Assembly: GCA_913052485.1 (NCBI GenBank)
Contig: CAJXDN010000002.1
Span: 13,608 to 77,607 of the forward strand
Origin: an uncultured Flammeovirgaceae bacterium
Lineage (GTDB): Bacteria; Bacteroidota; Bacteroidia; Cytophagales; MED-G16
Direction: 5' to 3'
DNA length: 64,000 nt
Each line of letters begins with the position of its first letter. Positions within the stretch are counted from its first letter, which is position 1. This document shows positions 29,091 to 39,774 of the stretch, piece by piece. Made by a program: the position numbers and the translations under genes. The notes under the pieces were generated by a model, which had not been told where the DNA came from, made no database searches, and saw only the letters and a program-made list of their open reading frames with translations.

Positions 29091-30419
29091 ATGCACAAGA
29101 AGCATTGGGAAGATTGTTTGTCTATTATCAAGGATAATATAAACTCACAAAGTTTTACAACTTGGTTCAAACCTATAAAGTCCAAATCCTATAAGGATAT
29201 GACTTTAACTCTAATTATTCCAAATAAATTTTTTTATGAATGGATAGAGGGACATTATCTTAAATTACTGAATGATACAATCATCACAGTTCTTGGTGAA
29301 AAAGGTAAAATAGAATATGAAGTTTCTAATGTTACAAGTAAAATCAATGAAGATAACTCCAATAAATTAGAGTCTGTTGAAACCTCAAAGCAGTTTTTTA
29401 ATAATCTAAACTCTAATTTTAAATTTAAAAGCTTTGTATCAGGAAAATGTAATAGTGTTGCCAAGGCAGCAGGAAAAAGAATTTCTGAAAACCCTGGAAG
29501 TAATCCATTTAATCCATTAATGGTTTACGGAGGTGTAGGGTTAGGAAAAACGCACTTAATCCAATCAATCGGAAATAAAATTATAAATAAATCAAATTCA
29601 TCTGTCTATTATGTTACATCAGAAAAATTTGCAAATCAATTTATTGATTCCCTTAAAGAAAATAAATTAAAGGACTTAATTAACTTCTATGTAAATATTG
29701 ATTGTTTAATTATTGATGATATTCAATTCTTTAAAGGAAAAGAAAAAACTCAAGAAGTCTTTTTCCACATTTTCAATCAGCTCAACTTGAATAATAAACA
29801 AATTATTCTAGCTGCCGATAAATCTCCAGTTGAACTTGATGGTCTAGAAAAAAGACTTGTTAGTAGATTCAAATCAGGCCTAACAGTTGAACTTGAAAAG
29901 CCTGATTACCAAACAAGGCTTGATATACTTAATTATAAAATTCAAAATGAGAATCTATCAATTAACAAAGAAATTGTAGAGTATATTGCATTTCAAGTAG
30001 ACACGAATATCAGAGAACTTGAGGGTGTTTTAGTTTCTCTTCTTGCTCACTCAACAATAACAAAAGAAGACATCAATATTGAATTGACAAAATCAATTAT
30101 TTCAAAAATTGTTAAGGATACAAATAGAGAAATTGATATAAAGTACATTCAAGAAATTGTCTCTAAATATTTTCATATCAGTATTGAAGAAATGAAAGAC
30201 AAAGCAAGAAGAAAAGAAATAGTCATCGCCAGACAAGTTGCGATGTATTTTTCCAAAGACTTCACTAACAATTCATTGAAATCAATTGGATTTCATTTCG
30301 GTGGGAGAGATCACAGTACAGTAATCCATGCTGTTCAATCAGTAAATGATATGATCGATACGGATAATTTTTTCAAAAAAAGTATTTCAGAAATTAATAA
30401 AAGAATCTTAGCAGGATAA
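29091..30419 (+). CDS. dnaA: Chromosomal replication initiator DnaA
   Basis: Walker A GGVGLGKT, DDIQF, SRF, NIRELEG, RQVAMY, GGRDHSTV. Confidence 0.98.
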   Translation: MHKKHWEDCLSIIKDNINSQSFTTWFKPIKSKSYKDMTLTLIIPNKFFYEWIEGHYLKLLNDTIITVLGEKGKIEYEVSNVTSKINEDNSNKLESVETSKQFFNNLNSNFKFKSFVSGKCNSVAKAAGKRISENPGSNPFNPLMVYGGVGLGKTHLIQSIGNKIINKSNSSVYYVTSEKFANQFIDSLKENKLKDLINFYVNIDCLIIDDIQFFKGKEKTQEVFFHIFNQLNLNNKQIILAADKSPVELDGLEKRLVSRFKSGLTVELEKPDYQTRLDILNYKIQNENLSINKEIVEYIAFQVDTNIRELEGVLVSLLAHSTITKEDINIELTKSIISKIVKDTNREIDIKYIQEIVSKYFHISIEEMKDKARRKEIVIARQVAMYFSKDFTNNSLKSIGFHFGGRDHSTVIHAVQSVNDMIDTDNFFKKSISEINKRILAG

Positions 30420-30476
30420 AATTTAATATTTTAGATATAAATTTTATTATGCATATTTGGATATTGCACTATTAAA

Positions 30477-31979
30477 ATGATTTCTAAAATACTACTACCA
30501 CTTCATAGCATCTTTAAACTTTTAAATCCGTCATATTCAATTCACAATAAATCTCAAAAGGAGGCAGAAATAATTCAAAAAAAAGTTTTGAATCAACTTA
30601 TAATTGATGCCAAAAACACAAAATTTGGTAAAGATCATAATTTCAATGAAATCAAAACTTATCAAGACTATAAAAAGAAAGTTGATATAAGAGATTATGA
30701 ACAAAAAAAAGTTTACATAGATAGAATTAAAAAAGGAGAGGAAGATGTTTTGTGGAAAGGTAAACCATTATATTTTGCAAAAACATCTGGTACAACCTCT
30801 GGTTCAAAATATATTCCACTATCTAAAGAATCTCTCAGTAATCAAATTAACTCAGCAACTCATCTATTAGTAAGGTATTTGAAAAATAAAAAATCATTAA
30901 AATCAATTTTGGGTAAAGTGATGTTTATTTCAGGATCACCAAATTTGGATGAAAAAAATAACATTAAAATTGGGAGGTTATCTGGTATTGTTAATTATCA
31001 TGAGCCAGGTTTTTTAAAATTTAAAAAATTACCGTCAGATAAAACAAATAGTATAGAGGACTGGGAGAAAAAGATTGAAGCAATCGCAGATGAAACTATT
31101 GGACAAGATTTAAGAATTATAGGGGGTATTCCTCCCTGGATTCAGATGTATTTTGATGTTTTAATTCAAAAAACCGGAAAAAAAATTAAAGATATTTTTC
31201 CTAACCTTACACTTTTATGTCATGGGGGAGTAAATTTTGAACCATACAGAGAAAACCTAATTGATAGCATAGGTGAAGAAATTGATACTATTGAAACCTT
31301 TCCAGCATCTGAAGGGTTTTTTGCATATCAAGATCAACTTTATAGTGATAACTTATTACTCCAAATAAATTCTGGTATATTTTATGAGTTTATAGATGTT
31401 AAAGATTTAAATAAAGATAATAATAAGAGAGTCACAGTTGGAGATGTTAAACTTGATAAGAATTATGCTCTAATAATCAGCTCTAATGCTGGATTATGGT
31501 CATACTTAATAGGTGACACAATAAAATTCACATCATTGAATCCTCTTAGAATTAAGGTGACTGGTAGAACAAAACAATTTATTTCAGCTTTTGGTGAACA
31601 CGTAATCGTAGAAGAAGTTGATTCGTCATTAAAAAAAGCAATTCAAAAGTTTGATGAAATTAAGATAGTTGAATATACAGTTGGCCCAAAAATTTTAAAT
31701 CAAAAAGGCAAATCTCATCACCAGTGGTTAATTGAATTTAAAAATAAACCAAAAAATTTATCATCATTCGAAAATGAAATTGATAATAACCTACAAGAAT
31801 TAAATACATACTATAAAGATTTAAGACAAGATAAAGTCTTATCATCATTAAGAATTAAAGAACTAAAAAGAAAATCATTTATTAATTTTATGAAGTCAAT
31901 TGGTAAACTTGGTGGACAGAATAAAGTACCAAGATTATCTAATAATGATAAGTTAATTAACCAAATTTTAAAGTTTTAA
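30477..31979 (+). CDS. GH3 auxin-responsive-promoter family acyl-acid amido synthetase
   Basis: TSGTTSGSK, FPASEG, YLIGD, FGEHV and GGQNKVPR motifs. Confidence 0.9.
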   Translation: MISKILLPLHSIFKLLNPSYSIHNKSQKEAEIIQKKVLNQLIIDAKNTKFGKDHNFNEIKTYQDYKKKVDIRDYEQKKVYIDRIKKGEEDVLWKGKPLYFAKTSGTTSGSKYIPLSKESLSNQINSATHLLVRYLKNKKSLKSILGKVMFISGSPNLDEKNNIKIGRLSGIVNYHEPGFLKFKKLPSDKTNSIEDWEKKIEAIADETIGQDLRIIGGIPPWIQMYFDVLIQKTGKKIKDIFPNLTLLCHGGVNFEPYRENLIDSIGEEIDTIETFPASEGFFAYQDQLYSDNLLLQINSGIFYEFIDVKDLNKDNNKRVTVGDVKLDKNYALIISSNAGLWSYLIGDTIKFTSLNPLRIKVTGRTKQFISAFGEHVIVEEVDSSLKKAIQKFDEIKIVEYTVGPKILNQKGKSHHQWLIEFKNKPKNLSSFENEIDNNLQELNTYYKDLRQDKVLSSLRIKELKRKSFINFMKSIGKLGGQNKVPRLSNNDKLINQILKF

Positions 31980-31982
31980 ATT

Positions 31983-33140
31983 TTGATAAAAAAAATCGCA
32001 ATTTTAGGCTCTACTGGTTCAATAGGTACCCAGACGCTTGAAGTTATTTCCAATCACGATGATAAATTTAGAGTAGAGTTACTATCTGCTAATAAAAACT
32101 ATAAATTATTAATTCAGCAAGCAAAAAAATATAAACCTAAGGCAATTATTTTTGGTGATAAAACACATAAAAAAATTTTAAGAGAAAATTTAAAATCTGA
32201 AAATATCGATATTTATTTTGGTGATGATGCACTAAATAATTTTAATCAATTTTGTAATGCTGACCTAGTAGTTACAGCATTAGTTGGAAAATCAGGACTA
32301 ATACCAACAATTAATGCAATAGAAAATAATATAGATGTAGCATTAGCAAATAAGGAGACATTAGTAGTTGCCGGTGAGATAATAATGAAACTTTCTAAAA
32401 AAAATAATGTTAAAATATATCCAGTTGACTCAGAACACTCTGCAATTTTTCAATGCTTAATTGGTGAAGATTACCAGACAATTGAAAAAATAATTTTAAC
32501 AGCATCAGGGGGACCATTCAGAAATAAAAAAATTAGTGATTTGGAAAATATAACAAAGAAAGAGGCACTTAATCATCCAAATTGGGAAATGGGAGAAAAA
32601 ATAACAATTGACTCTTCAACTTTAATGAATAAAGGTTTGGAGGTTATTGAAGCAAAATTTTTATTTAATATAGATATTGATATGATTGAGGTTGTTATAC
32701 ATCCACAGTCTATAATTCATTCAATGGTCGAGTTTATTGATGGGTCAATTAAAGCTCAGATGGGTGAACCTGATATGAAATTTCCAATTCAATACGCACT
32801 GGGTTTTCCAAGAAGATTAGAGAATGAATTCGATAGATTTAATTTTATTAAAAACAATGAGTTAACTTTTGAAAAACCATGCTTTGATACATTCCAAAAT
32901 TTAAAACTTGCATTTGATGCTGGCAGAAGCGGTGGTAACTCACCTTGTATACTTAATGCATCTAATGAAATAGTTGTGGAAGCATTCCTTCAAGAAAAAA
33001 TATCTTACCTGGATATGACTAAGATTATTAAAGAATCTTTAGATAAAATATCATATATTGCATCTCCAAATTTAGAACAGTTAATCGAAACCGATTTAAA
33101 GACTAGAGAGTATACAAGTAATAAAATAAAGAATAAGTAA
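31983..33140 (+). CDS. dxr: 1-deoxy-D-xylulose-5-phosphate reductoisomerase
   Basis: LGSTGSIG, ANKE, PVDSEH, ASGGPF, HPNWEMG, MNKGLE. Confidence 0.97.
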   Translation: MIKKIAILGSTGSIGTQTLEVISNHDDKFRVELLSANKNYKLLIQQAKKYKPKAIIFGDKTHKKILRENLKSENIDIYFGDDALNNFNQFCNADLVVTALVGKSGLIPTINAIENNIDVALANKETLVVAGEIIMKLSKKNNVKIYPVDSEHSAIFQCLIGEDYQTIEKIILTASGGPFRNKKISDLENITKKEALNHPNWEMGEKITIDSSTLMNKGLEVIEAKFLFNIDIDMIEVVIHPQSIIHSMVEFIDGSIKAQMGEPDMKFPIQYALGFPRRLENEFDRFNFIKNNELTFEKPCFDTFQNLKLAFDAGRSGGNSPCILNASNEIVVEAFLQEKISYLDMTKIIKESLDKISYIASPNLEQLIETDLKTREYTSNKIKNK

Positions 33141-34453
33141 TGGATGCACTAATAATGGCAGCTCAAATGATTCTAGCACTTTCAATAATTGTTGGAATTC
33201 ATGAGTTTGGACATCTACTCACAGCTAAAATATTTGGAATGAGAGTGGAACAATATTTTATTGGATTTCCACCAAAAATTTGGAGTTTCAATTATAAAGG
33301 TACTGAATATGGTTTAGGTTCAATACCACTTGGTGGTTTTGTTAAAATATCCGGAATTATTGATGAATCAATGGACACATCTCATATCAATAAAGAACCA
33401 GAATCTTGGGAATTTAGGTCAAAACCGGCATGGCAAAGACTAGTAGTTATGTTAGGAGGCATAATCTTTAATGTTATAACTGGTCTTATAATATTTTCAA
33501 TGATTACTTTCAACAGCGGGGAAACGTTTCTTTCCAAGGATGAAATAAATAAAAATGGAATTTTAGCATTAAAATTAGGAAGAGAAGCAGGTTTTGAAAC
33601 TGGTGATAAAATATTATTAATTAATGGTGATAATTGGGAGAGAGATGGTGACCTGTTCAACCCAAATCTATTTTTTGATAATAATACGAATTTTACTGTA
33701 TTGAGAGATAACAAAGAAATTATTATAAATCTTCCTGAAAATTTTATAAATAAAATGAATACCAGAGAGGCTATGTCATCATTTCTTAAAGCCAGGATAC
33801 CCTTTACGGTTGATAGTGTTTACAGTAACTCTTTGAAAGCAGGTCTTGAGAAAGGTGATAAAATAATTAAAGTTGATGATAAACATATAATTGATCTTTA
33901 TGAATTGAAAAATATTCTTGAAGAAAATAAGAGCTCTATTGCTCAATTGACAATAGAAAGGAGTGGAAATTTAATTGATAAAGTCGTTGAAATATCAAAA
34001 GATGCTACAATTGGCATTAAAGTTCTGCAAGACCCTTTAGTTTTCTCAAAGAGAGAATATAATTTATCTCAATCTATAATAATTGGATCACATAAAGCTT
34101 TTGGTGTAGTGTTTCTTAATATTAAAGCTTTTGGAAAAATGTTTTCAGGTGATATCGATCCCTCAAAAAATTTGAGTGGACCCATTGGTATAGCACAAAT
34201 CTTTGGGAATGAATGGGACTGGGGTAATTTTTGGAGAATTGTTGGTCTTCTTTCAATGGTTTTAGCTTTCATGAATTTACTTCCGATACCAGCCTTAGAT
34301 GGGGGTCACGCTACATTTATTATTTATGAAATTATATCTGGAAGAAAACCTACTGAAAGATTTTTAGAATATTCTACAAAATTTGGAGTTATAATACTTT
34401 TGGGTCTAATGACTTATGTTATACTTAATGACATATACAAATTATTTATTTAG
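33140..34453 (+). CDS. rseP: RIP metalloprotease RseP
   Basis: HEFGH, PLGGFVK, PDZ domains, NLLPIPALDGG. Confidence 0.95.
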   Translation: MDALIMAAQMILALSIIVGIHEFGHLLTAKIFGMRVEQYFIGFPPKIWSFNYKGTEYGLGSIPLGGFVKISGIIDESMDTSHINKEPESWEFRSKPAWQRLVVMLGGIIFNVITGLIIFSMITFNSGETFLSKDEINKNGILALKLGREAGFETGDKILLINGDNWERDGDLFNPNLFFDNNTNFTVLRDNKEIIINLPENFINKMNTREAMSSFLKARIPFTVDSVYSNSLKAGLEKGDKIIKVDDKHIIDLYELKNILEENKSSIAQLTIERSGNLIDKVVEISKDATIGIKVLQDPLVFSKREYNLSQSIIIGSHKAFGVVFLNIKAFGKMFSGDIDPSKNLSGPIGIAQIFGNEWDWGNFWRIVGLLSMVLAFMNLLPIPALDGGHATFIIYEIISGRKPTERFLEYSTKFGVIILLGLMTYVILNDIYKLFI

Positions 34454-34457
34454 AAAT

Positions 34458-35363
34458 TTGAAATTTATATTTCTAGCTCAATTAATACTTCTTCTATACT
34501 ACCAAGATTTACTTTCTCAAAACAATAATTTTAGCTTTACAGAGTTAAGTGATAACGCAAAAGTTAATGCTCTTGGAGGAAATAATGTGTCCTCTACGCA
34601 TACCGATTTCCTAATGAACCCTTCATTGATTGATAAAAAATTATTCTCTATAAATTATTTAAACTATTTACTAGATATTAATTCATCAAGCATAATGTAC
34701 AGTGACAGTAGTAAATTTTTAGGAAACTTTGGATTGGGCATAAAATATCTATCTCATGGAAAATTTGAAGGTTATGATTTAAATGGAAATTATTCTGGTG
34801 ATTTTTATCCAAAAGAATATATAATATCTTTTAGCAAATCATATTCTTTTTCAAAATTTAAGATAGGGACAAATATTAAATATTTCTACTCTAAATTATA
34901 TGAAAATTCGAAGTCAGCATTCCTTGTGGATGTAGGAACTATATTTAAACCAATAAAAAATAAACAGTTTTCAATTGCTATAGTTGCATCAAATATTGGT
35001 TTTGTGTTAGAAGAGAATATATCAAGTCCTAGGTCAAGTTTAAAATTTGGAACATCTTTCAAACCAGAATATATGCCAATTAGATTTTCATTCACATATA
35101 TCAAAAAAGAGAAAGAAGCTGACTTTAAAAACTTTTCAATGGGAATTGAGGTTTTATTATCAAAGTATTTAAATATTATGATTGGATATAACCATAAAAT
35201 TGAAAAAGGATTTAAACTTAACAACTCTAATAGATTAAATGGTATTTCTTATGGATTAGAATTAATATTAAAAAGGTTTAATTTAAACTATTCTAGATTA
35301 ATTTTGAATAATATAGCAGGCACTAATAATATATCTATAAATTATAATTTACGTAGAAATTAA
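34458..35363 (+). CDS. porQ: Type IX secretion protein PorQ-like beta-barrel
   Basis: The in-frame TTG 34458 gives a signal peptide ending LLS/Q; ALGG, NPSL, KPEYMPIRFS motifs. The ORF track starts at 34416. Confidence 0.7.
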   Translation: MKFIFLAQLILLLYYQDLLSQNNNFSFTELSDNAKVNALGGNNVSSTHTDFLMNPSLIDKKLFSINYLNYLLDINSSSIMYSDSSKFLGNFGLGIKYLSHGKFEGYDLNGNYSGDFYPKEYIISFSKSYSFSKFKIGTNIKYFYSKLYENSKSAFLVDVGTIFKPIKNKQFSIAIVASNIGFVLEENISSPRSSLKFGTSFKPEYMPIRFSFTYIKKEKEADFKNFSMGIEVLLSKYLNIMIGYNHKIEKGFKLNNSNRLNGISYGLELILKRFNLNYSRLILNNIAGTNNISINYNLRRN

Positions 35364-35366
35364 AAT

Positions 35367-36752
35367 ATGGAAAAAATGAAAAATATGACCCCTCAAGAAG
35401 TGGTAACTGAACTGGACAAGTATATTATTGGTCAAGCAGAAGCAAAAAGGAATGTAGCGATAGCATTGAGAAATAGATGGAGAAGAATGAATGTTGAGAA
35501 TGAGATTAAAAACGAAATAATCCCAAATAATATCTTGATGATTGGTGCAACTGGAGTTGGAAAGACGGAAATTGCAAGAAGACTTGCAAAACTTTCTGAT
35601 GCTCCATTTACTAAAGTAGAGGCTTCAAAATTCACAGAAGTAGGATATGTTGGTAGAGATGTTGAGAGTATGGTTAGAGATCTTGTAGAACAATCAGTAA
35701 ATCTAGTCAAGACAATAAAAAAAGAAGAGGTAAAGGTTAGAGCTCAAGAAAGTGTAAATAACATCATTCTTGATATACTCATTCCCCCTATAAATAAAGT
35801 CCAATCAAATGTTAACCTAAGTCTAGAAAAAAATAGTAATAACGATGACAAAGAGATTAATGAGAAAACCAGAGAAAAATTCAGAGAAAAAATAAATAGT
35901 GGTGAGTTAGATGATAGAAAAATTGAAATCATTGTACAAAAACCATCAAACTCAGGTATAGGTATGGTAGGTGGAGGAATGATGGATGAATCATCAATGA
36001 TTAATCTCCAAGATATGATAAGTAATATGATGCCTAAAAGAAATAAAAAAAGAAAGGTTACTATAGAAGAAGCAAAAAAAATACTGTTGGAGTCTGAAGT
36101 TTCAAAATTAATAGACATGGACGAGGTTAAGGATGAGGCAATAAAGAAAGCTGAAAATACTGGAATAATTTTTATTGATGAGATTGATAAAATTAGCGGA
36201 AATTCGAAAAAAGGGGGAGGTCCTGATGTCAGTAGAGAGGGAGTACAAAGAGACCTCTTGCCAATAGTTGAGGGAACATCAGTAACAACAAAGTATGGCA
36301 TCATAAAGACAGATCATATATTATTTATATCAGCTGGAGCATTTCATCTATCAAAACCATCTGATCTAATACCAGAATTACAAGGTAGATTCCCAATTCG
36401 TGTAGAGTTAGATAATCTAACTCAGGATGATTTTCTAAAAATCTTATGTGAACCAAAAAACTCACTCACAAAACAATACAAAGCTCTGATAAAATCTGAA
36501 AATGTTGAAATCATTTTTAATCAAGATGCGCTAGAAGAGATCTCACATAAAGCATTCATAATAAACTCTGAAATTGAAAACATTGGAGCCAGGAGATTGC
36601 ACACAGTTATGAGTAAATTATTAAATGAAATTTTATTTGATATACCTGAAAAGATCGGTCCAAATGCAAAAGTTGTAATTACTAAAAAAATGGTTTCAGA
36701 AAAACTAGATTCAATTACTCAAAATAAAGATTTAAGCGAGTATATACTATAA
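35367..36752 (+). CDS. hslU: ATP-dependent protease ATPase subunit HslU
   Basis: GATGVGKTEIARR, GYVG pore loop, DEIDK, ELQGRFPIR, NIGARRL. Confidence 0.97.
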   Translation: MEKMKNMTPQEVVTELDKYIIGQAEAKRNVAIALRNRWRRMNVENEIKNEIIPNNILMIGATGVGKTEIARRLAKLSDAPFTKVEASKFTEVGYVGRDVESMVRDLVEQSVNLVKTIKKEEVKVRAQESVNNIILDILIPPINKVQSNVNLSLEKNSNNDDKEINEKTREKFREKINSGELDDRKIEIIVQKPSNSGIGMVGGGMMDESSMINLQDMISNMMPKRNKKRKVTIEEAKKILLESEVSKLIDMDEVKDEAIKKAENTGIIFIDEIDKISGNSKKGGGPDVSREGVQRDLLPIVEGTSVTTKYGIIKTDHILFISAGAFHLSKPSDLIPELQGRFPIRVELDNLTQDDFLKILCEPKNSLTKQYKALIKSENVEIIFNQDALEEISHKAFIINSEIENIGARRLHTVMSKLLNEILFDIPEKIGPNAKVVITKKMVSEKLDSITQNKDLSEYIL

Positions 36753-37241
36753 CTTTAATTGCTTAGGAAATTTGATCCATTCCAAATCATAATCAGAGAA
36801 ATTTTTTATAATATCCCAGTTTTCTATATTTAAATTAACAATTGCTACCCCACATGTCGGCAAATTATAAAGATTAATCGAAGTTAACTTATTTACTAAA
36901 TCCGTTAGACCTGGGTTATGACCAATAACCATAATTGATTCATAAGTATTACTAATTTTCTTTAATATGTTTATTATATTTTCACTGCTCGAGTGATATA
37001 ACTCGTCAATAAAACTAATTTTATTTATCTTAATTAATTCAATAAAAAAATCAGCAGTCAACCTTGTTCTCTTGGAGGAACTTGAAATTAATAAATCTAT
37101 ATTATCAATTTTTTTTGATAATTCTTTTGACATTAAATTTCCATCTTGAACCCCTCTATTATTAAGAGACCTATCAAAATCATTTAAAGATAAATCCGAC
37201 CAACTAGATTTACAGTGTCTAATTATTATTAATTTTTTCAT
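36747..37241 (-). CDS. SixA-like histidine phosphatase
   Basis: RHCKS, DFDRSL, RTRLT and GHNP motifs. Confidence 0.88.
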   Translation of the reverse strand: MKKLIIIRHCKSSWSDLSLNDFDRSLNNRGVQDGNLMSKELSKKIDNIDLLISSSSKRTRLTADFFIELIKINKISFIDELYHSSSENIINILKKISNTYESIMVIGHNPGLTDLVNKLTSINLYNLPTCGVAIVNLNIENWDIIKNFSDYDLEWIKFPKQLKL

Positions 37242-37242
37242 T

Positions 37243-38232
37243 TTATATTATATCAAATTTTATATCATTCATGCATTTAAAATGTTTTACAGGACAAGAT
37301 GCTAAGCCAATTTTTGTACAGGGTCTACAGTGTAAAATTTTATTTTCTAGTACTGAGAAAGATGTCTGATAGGGATAAAAACCTAAATTATGATGAGTTG
37401 ATCCAAAAACTACAAATATTTTTTTATTTAAGGCTGAAGCAATGTGCATAAAACCAGTATCATGGGTAAAAACATTTTTAGATAATTTAATAATACCTGC
37501 TGAACCCTGAATTGATAGTTTTCCACAAAAGTTATAAATTATAGTTTTCTTATTAAGCTTATTTCTAATATCATTATCTAATGTATTAGATGAATTAAAA
37601 AAAATCTCAATATTTTTTGCAGTTTGAACTTCATCTTTTCCACCAATTAATACTATTGGTCCATTAATTTTATCACATAGCTCAATTATTTTTTTTTCAG
37701 GTAATCTTTTAGTAAAGTGTTTAGCACCAATAACAACAGCACTACACTTACTGAAATCAGCTTGATAATTTTTCAATTTTATTATTTCCTTTTCGTCAAC
37801 TTTAAAATCAAGCCCTTTTCCATCATCTGTAATATCTAGATTTGATAATGTATCGACATATGAGGTAGTTATATGATTAATACTTGTCAAGATTTTAAAA
37901 TTGGTATATATCCATCTTCTGAAAAACTGTTTGTTATAGGTTAGGTGAGTTTTTATTAAAAATAATTTTAAGAAATTAGATCTTAAATTATTATGTAAAT
38001 CAATTACTAGATCATATTTTTCTCTTCTCAAATTTAAAAGGGTTTTATATAAATTATTATTGAATTCTATAACCTTATCAACACTTTTATTGTTATAGTA
38101 TACTGAACAATATTCTTTCTTTGTTATGAAATGTATTTCAGAATCAGGGTACTTACCTTTTAAAAGTCTAGGAACAGGAGTTGATAGCACAACATCTCCA
38201 AGAGAAGAAAATCGCACAATTAAAATCTTCAT
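37243..38232 (-). CDS. Glycosyltransferase family 9 (heptosyltransferase-like)
   Basis: RFSSLGDV, DLHNNLRS, HDTGFMHIA, CRPC...C...HFKCM. Confidence 0.92.
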   Translation of the reverse strand: MKILIVRFSSLGDVVLSTPVPRLLKGKYPDSEIHFITKKEYCSVYYNNKSVDKVIEFNNNLYKTLLNLRREKYDLVIDLHNNLRSNFLKLFLIKTHLTYNKQFFRRWIYTNFKILTSINHITTSYVDTLSNLDITDDGKGLDFKVDEKEIIKLKNYQADFSKCSAVVIGAKHFTKRLPEKKIIELCDKINGPIVLIGGKDEVQTAKNIEIFFNSSNTLDNDIRNKLNKKTIIYNFCGKLSIQGSAGIIKLSKNVFTHDTGFMHIASALNKKIFVVFGSTHHNLGFYPYQTSFSVLENKILHCRPCTKIGLASCPVKHFKCMNDIKFDII

Positions 38233-39730
38233 CTTACTAATAATTTTTTTTTCAAATTTAAAATTAAAATCTCAAAGTAGTTCAGATAGCATTATTTTTC
38301 AAAAAAAAAGGATAGAGTTTGATATAAGTGAAATGAATGGAAACTTTTGGGTTAAAGAAAACTCTGAACACTTTCTTGTTCTTGGTGATATTGAAAATGG
38401 GAAAAATTTAAAATGGATATTTAAGACTTTTGATAGAGAACTTAACCCTTTAAAGGATACGATCCTAGCACTTGACAGATCTTATACATTAAAGAATATA
38501 ATTTCTGATGATAAGTTTTTTAACCTTTTCTATAAAAAAAATTATTCAAATGAGAAAGATTATTTATATGTGAAATATGACTATGTATCAAATACTTTCA
38601 ATTCATATGAGATAAGATTACCCCTAAGCCTTACAATAAAAAAAACACTTATTTACAGTGAAAATTTAATTTTACTTGGAAATCTGAAAAACGGACGCAA
38701 CCTTGTCAGTATTTATGATATAAATACTAAACAACTAAATAACATATATGACTATTTATATTCCGAAAATGATATAATAAATATTTTTAAAAGTGACCCA
38801 TCATCATTTGATGTATTATTATCCAAGAACGGAGATAATAATCTAAAAACAATAGAAAGAAAAAAATATTCAATTAATAGAGATTTCATAGGGTCCTACT
38901 CTATAGAATCTAGTAAAAATAGCATTATTGAATCAAAAAAAATTAGACATAATAAAGAAGAATATAATGTATCATTGATAGGTATTAAAAACTCTAAACA
39001 AGCCCTAGGGTTTAGAATTGATTTATCAGGAGAAAGGCTTGAGATGTTAAACGAGAAAAAATTTCTAGAAATTAACGTATTAAAAGATTTTTTTATAAGT
39101 GAGAACAAAATTTTAAATAAAAAAATTAATAAAAAAGACCTTAACAACCTTAAACTTGGATACGAGTTTTATATAGACACTTTATTTATCTCAAACAATC
39201 AAATTCATATCTCATTTGAAAGTTTAAAACCAAACTATTCTAATGATGGGTTCAGTAACTATTCTTATATGCCATATTATAATTCATATACAGGAAGATA
39301 TGATAAAAAAATAAATCCAAAATTTGGAGGTTACTCACATGATATAAGTATTTACTTAGTATTAGATATGAAAGGTAACATACAATTATCTTCTGTAGAA
39401 AGGATCAATAACCTTAAAACTTTTGATAATAAACCATATTTAAATTATTTAATTAAGGGTAATAATTTAATCAGGTTCTATGTTAACAAAGGAATAATTA
39501 CCCTATTAAAAAAAGATATTGTAAAAAATATAAAATCGAAAGTAGGAGTTTTTAAATTGAAAGTAGATAAAAATGAGATAGTTATTAAGAGCGAGACAAA
39601 CCCTGAAGGTACATTTAATTGGTATAAGAATAACTATTTATCATATGGGATTCAAAATATCAAAATAAAAGATCATTCTCAAAATATCAATAAAAGGGTT
39701 TTTTACATTTCAAATTTTGAAATTAATTGA
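38219..39730 (+). CDS. Hypothetical secreted beta-rich protein (start uncertain: ATT 38219 or ATG 38126)
   Basis: Long ORF filling the gap; the signal-peptide-like IKIFILLIIFFSNLKLKS/Q begins at 38219. Confidence 0.7.
   Translation: MKIFILLIIFFSNLKLKSQSSSDSIIFQKKRIEFDISEMNGNFWVKENSEHFLVLGDIENGKNLKWIFKTFDRELNPLKDTILALDRSYTLKNIISDDKFFNLFYKKNYSNEKDYLYVKYDYVSNTFNSYEIRLPLSLTIKKTLIYSENLILLGNLKNGRNLVSIYDINTKQLNNIYDYLYSENDIINIFKSDPSSFDVLLSKNGDNNLKTIERKKYSINRDFIGSYSIESSKNSIIESKKIRHNKEEYNVSLIGIKNSKQALGFRIDLSGERLEMLNEKKFLEINVLKDFFISENKILNKKINKKDLNNLKLGYEFYIDTLFISNNQIHISFESLKPNYSNDGFSNYSYMPYYNSYTGRYDKKINPKFGGYSHDISIYLVLDMKGNIQLSSVERINNLKTFDNKPYLNYLIKGNNLIRFYVNKGIITLLKKDIVKNIKSKVGVFKLKVDKNEIVIKSETNPEGTFNWYKNNYLSYGIQNIKIKDHSQNINKRVFYISNFEIN
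38253..38260 (-). promoter_or_regulatory. -7 element TAAATTTG for the GT9 gene, embedded in the opposite CDS
   Basis: TAnnTTTG 20 nt upstream of the GT9 ATG (38232). Confidence 0.5.
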
Positions 39731-39759
39731 CTAATCATAACAAATTATTAAATACAAAT

Positions 39760-39767
39760 TATATTTG
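39760..39767 (+). promoter_or_regulatory. -7 element TATATTTG for pyrR-pyrB
   Basis: TAnnTTTG 7 nt before ATG 39775. Confidence 0.6.
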
Positions 39768-39774
39768 TAAATAA

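Noticed and set aside
30477-31979. GH3 enzyme as a substitute for the missing MurC/MurD
   Set aside because: GH3 homologs are common in Bacteroidota that have both ligases, and nothing in the sequence links them.
35367-36752. hslU without adjacent hslV
   Set aside because: The two genes need not be linked, so absence from this window is uninformative.
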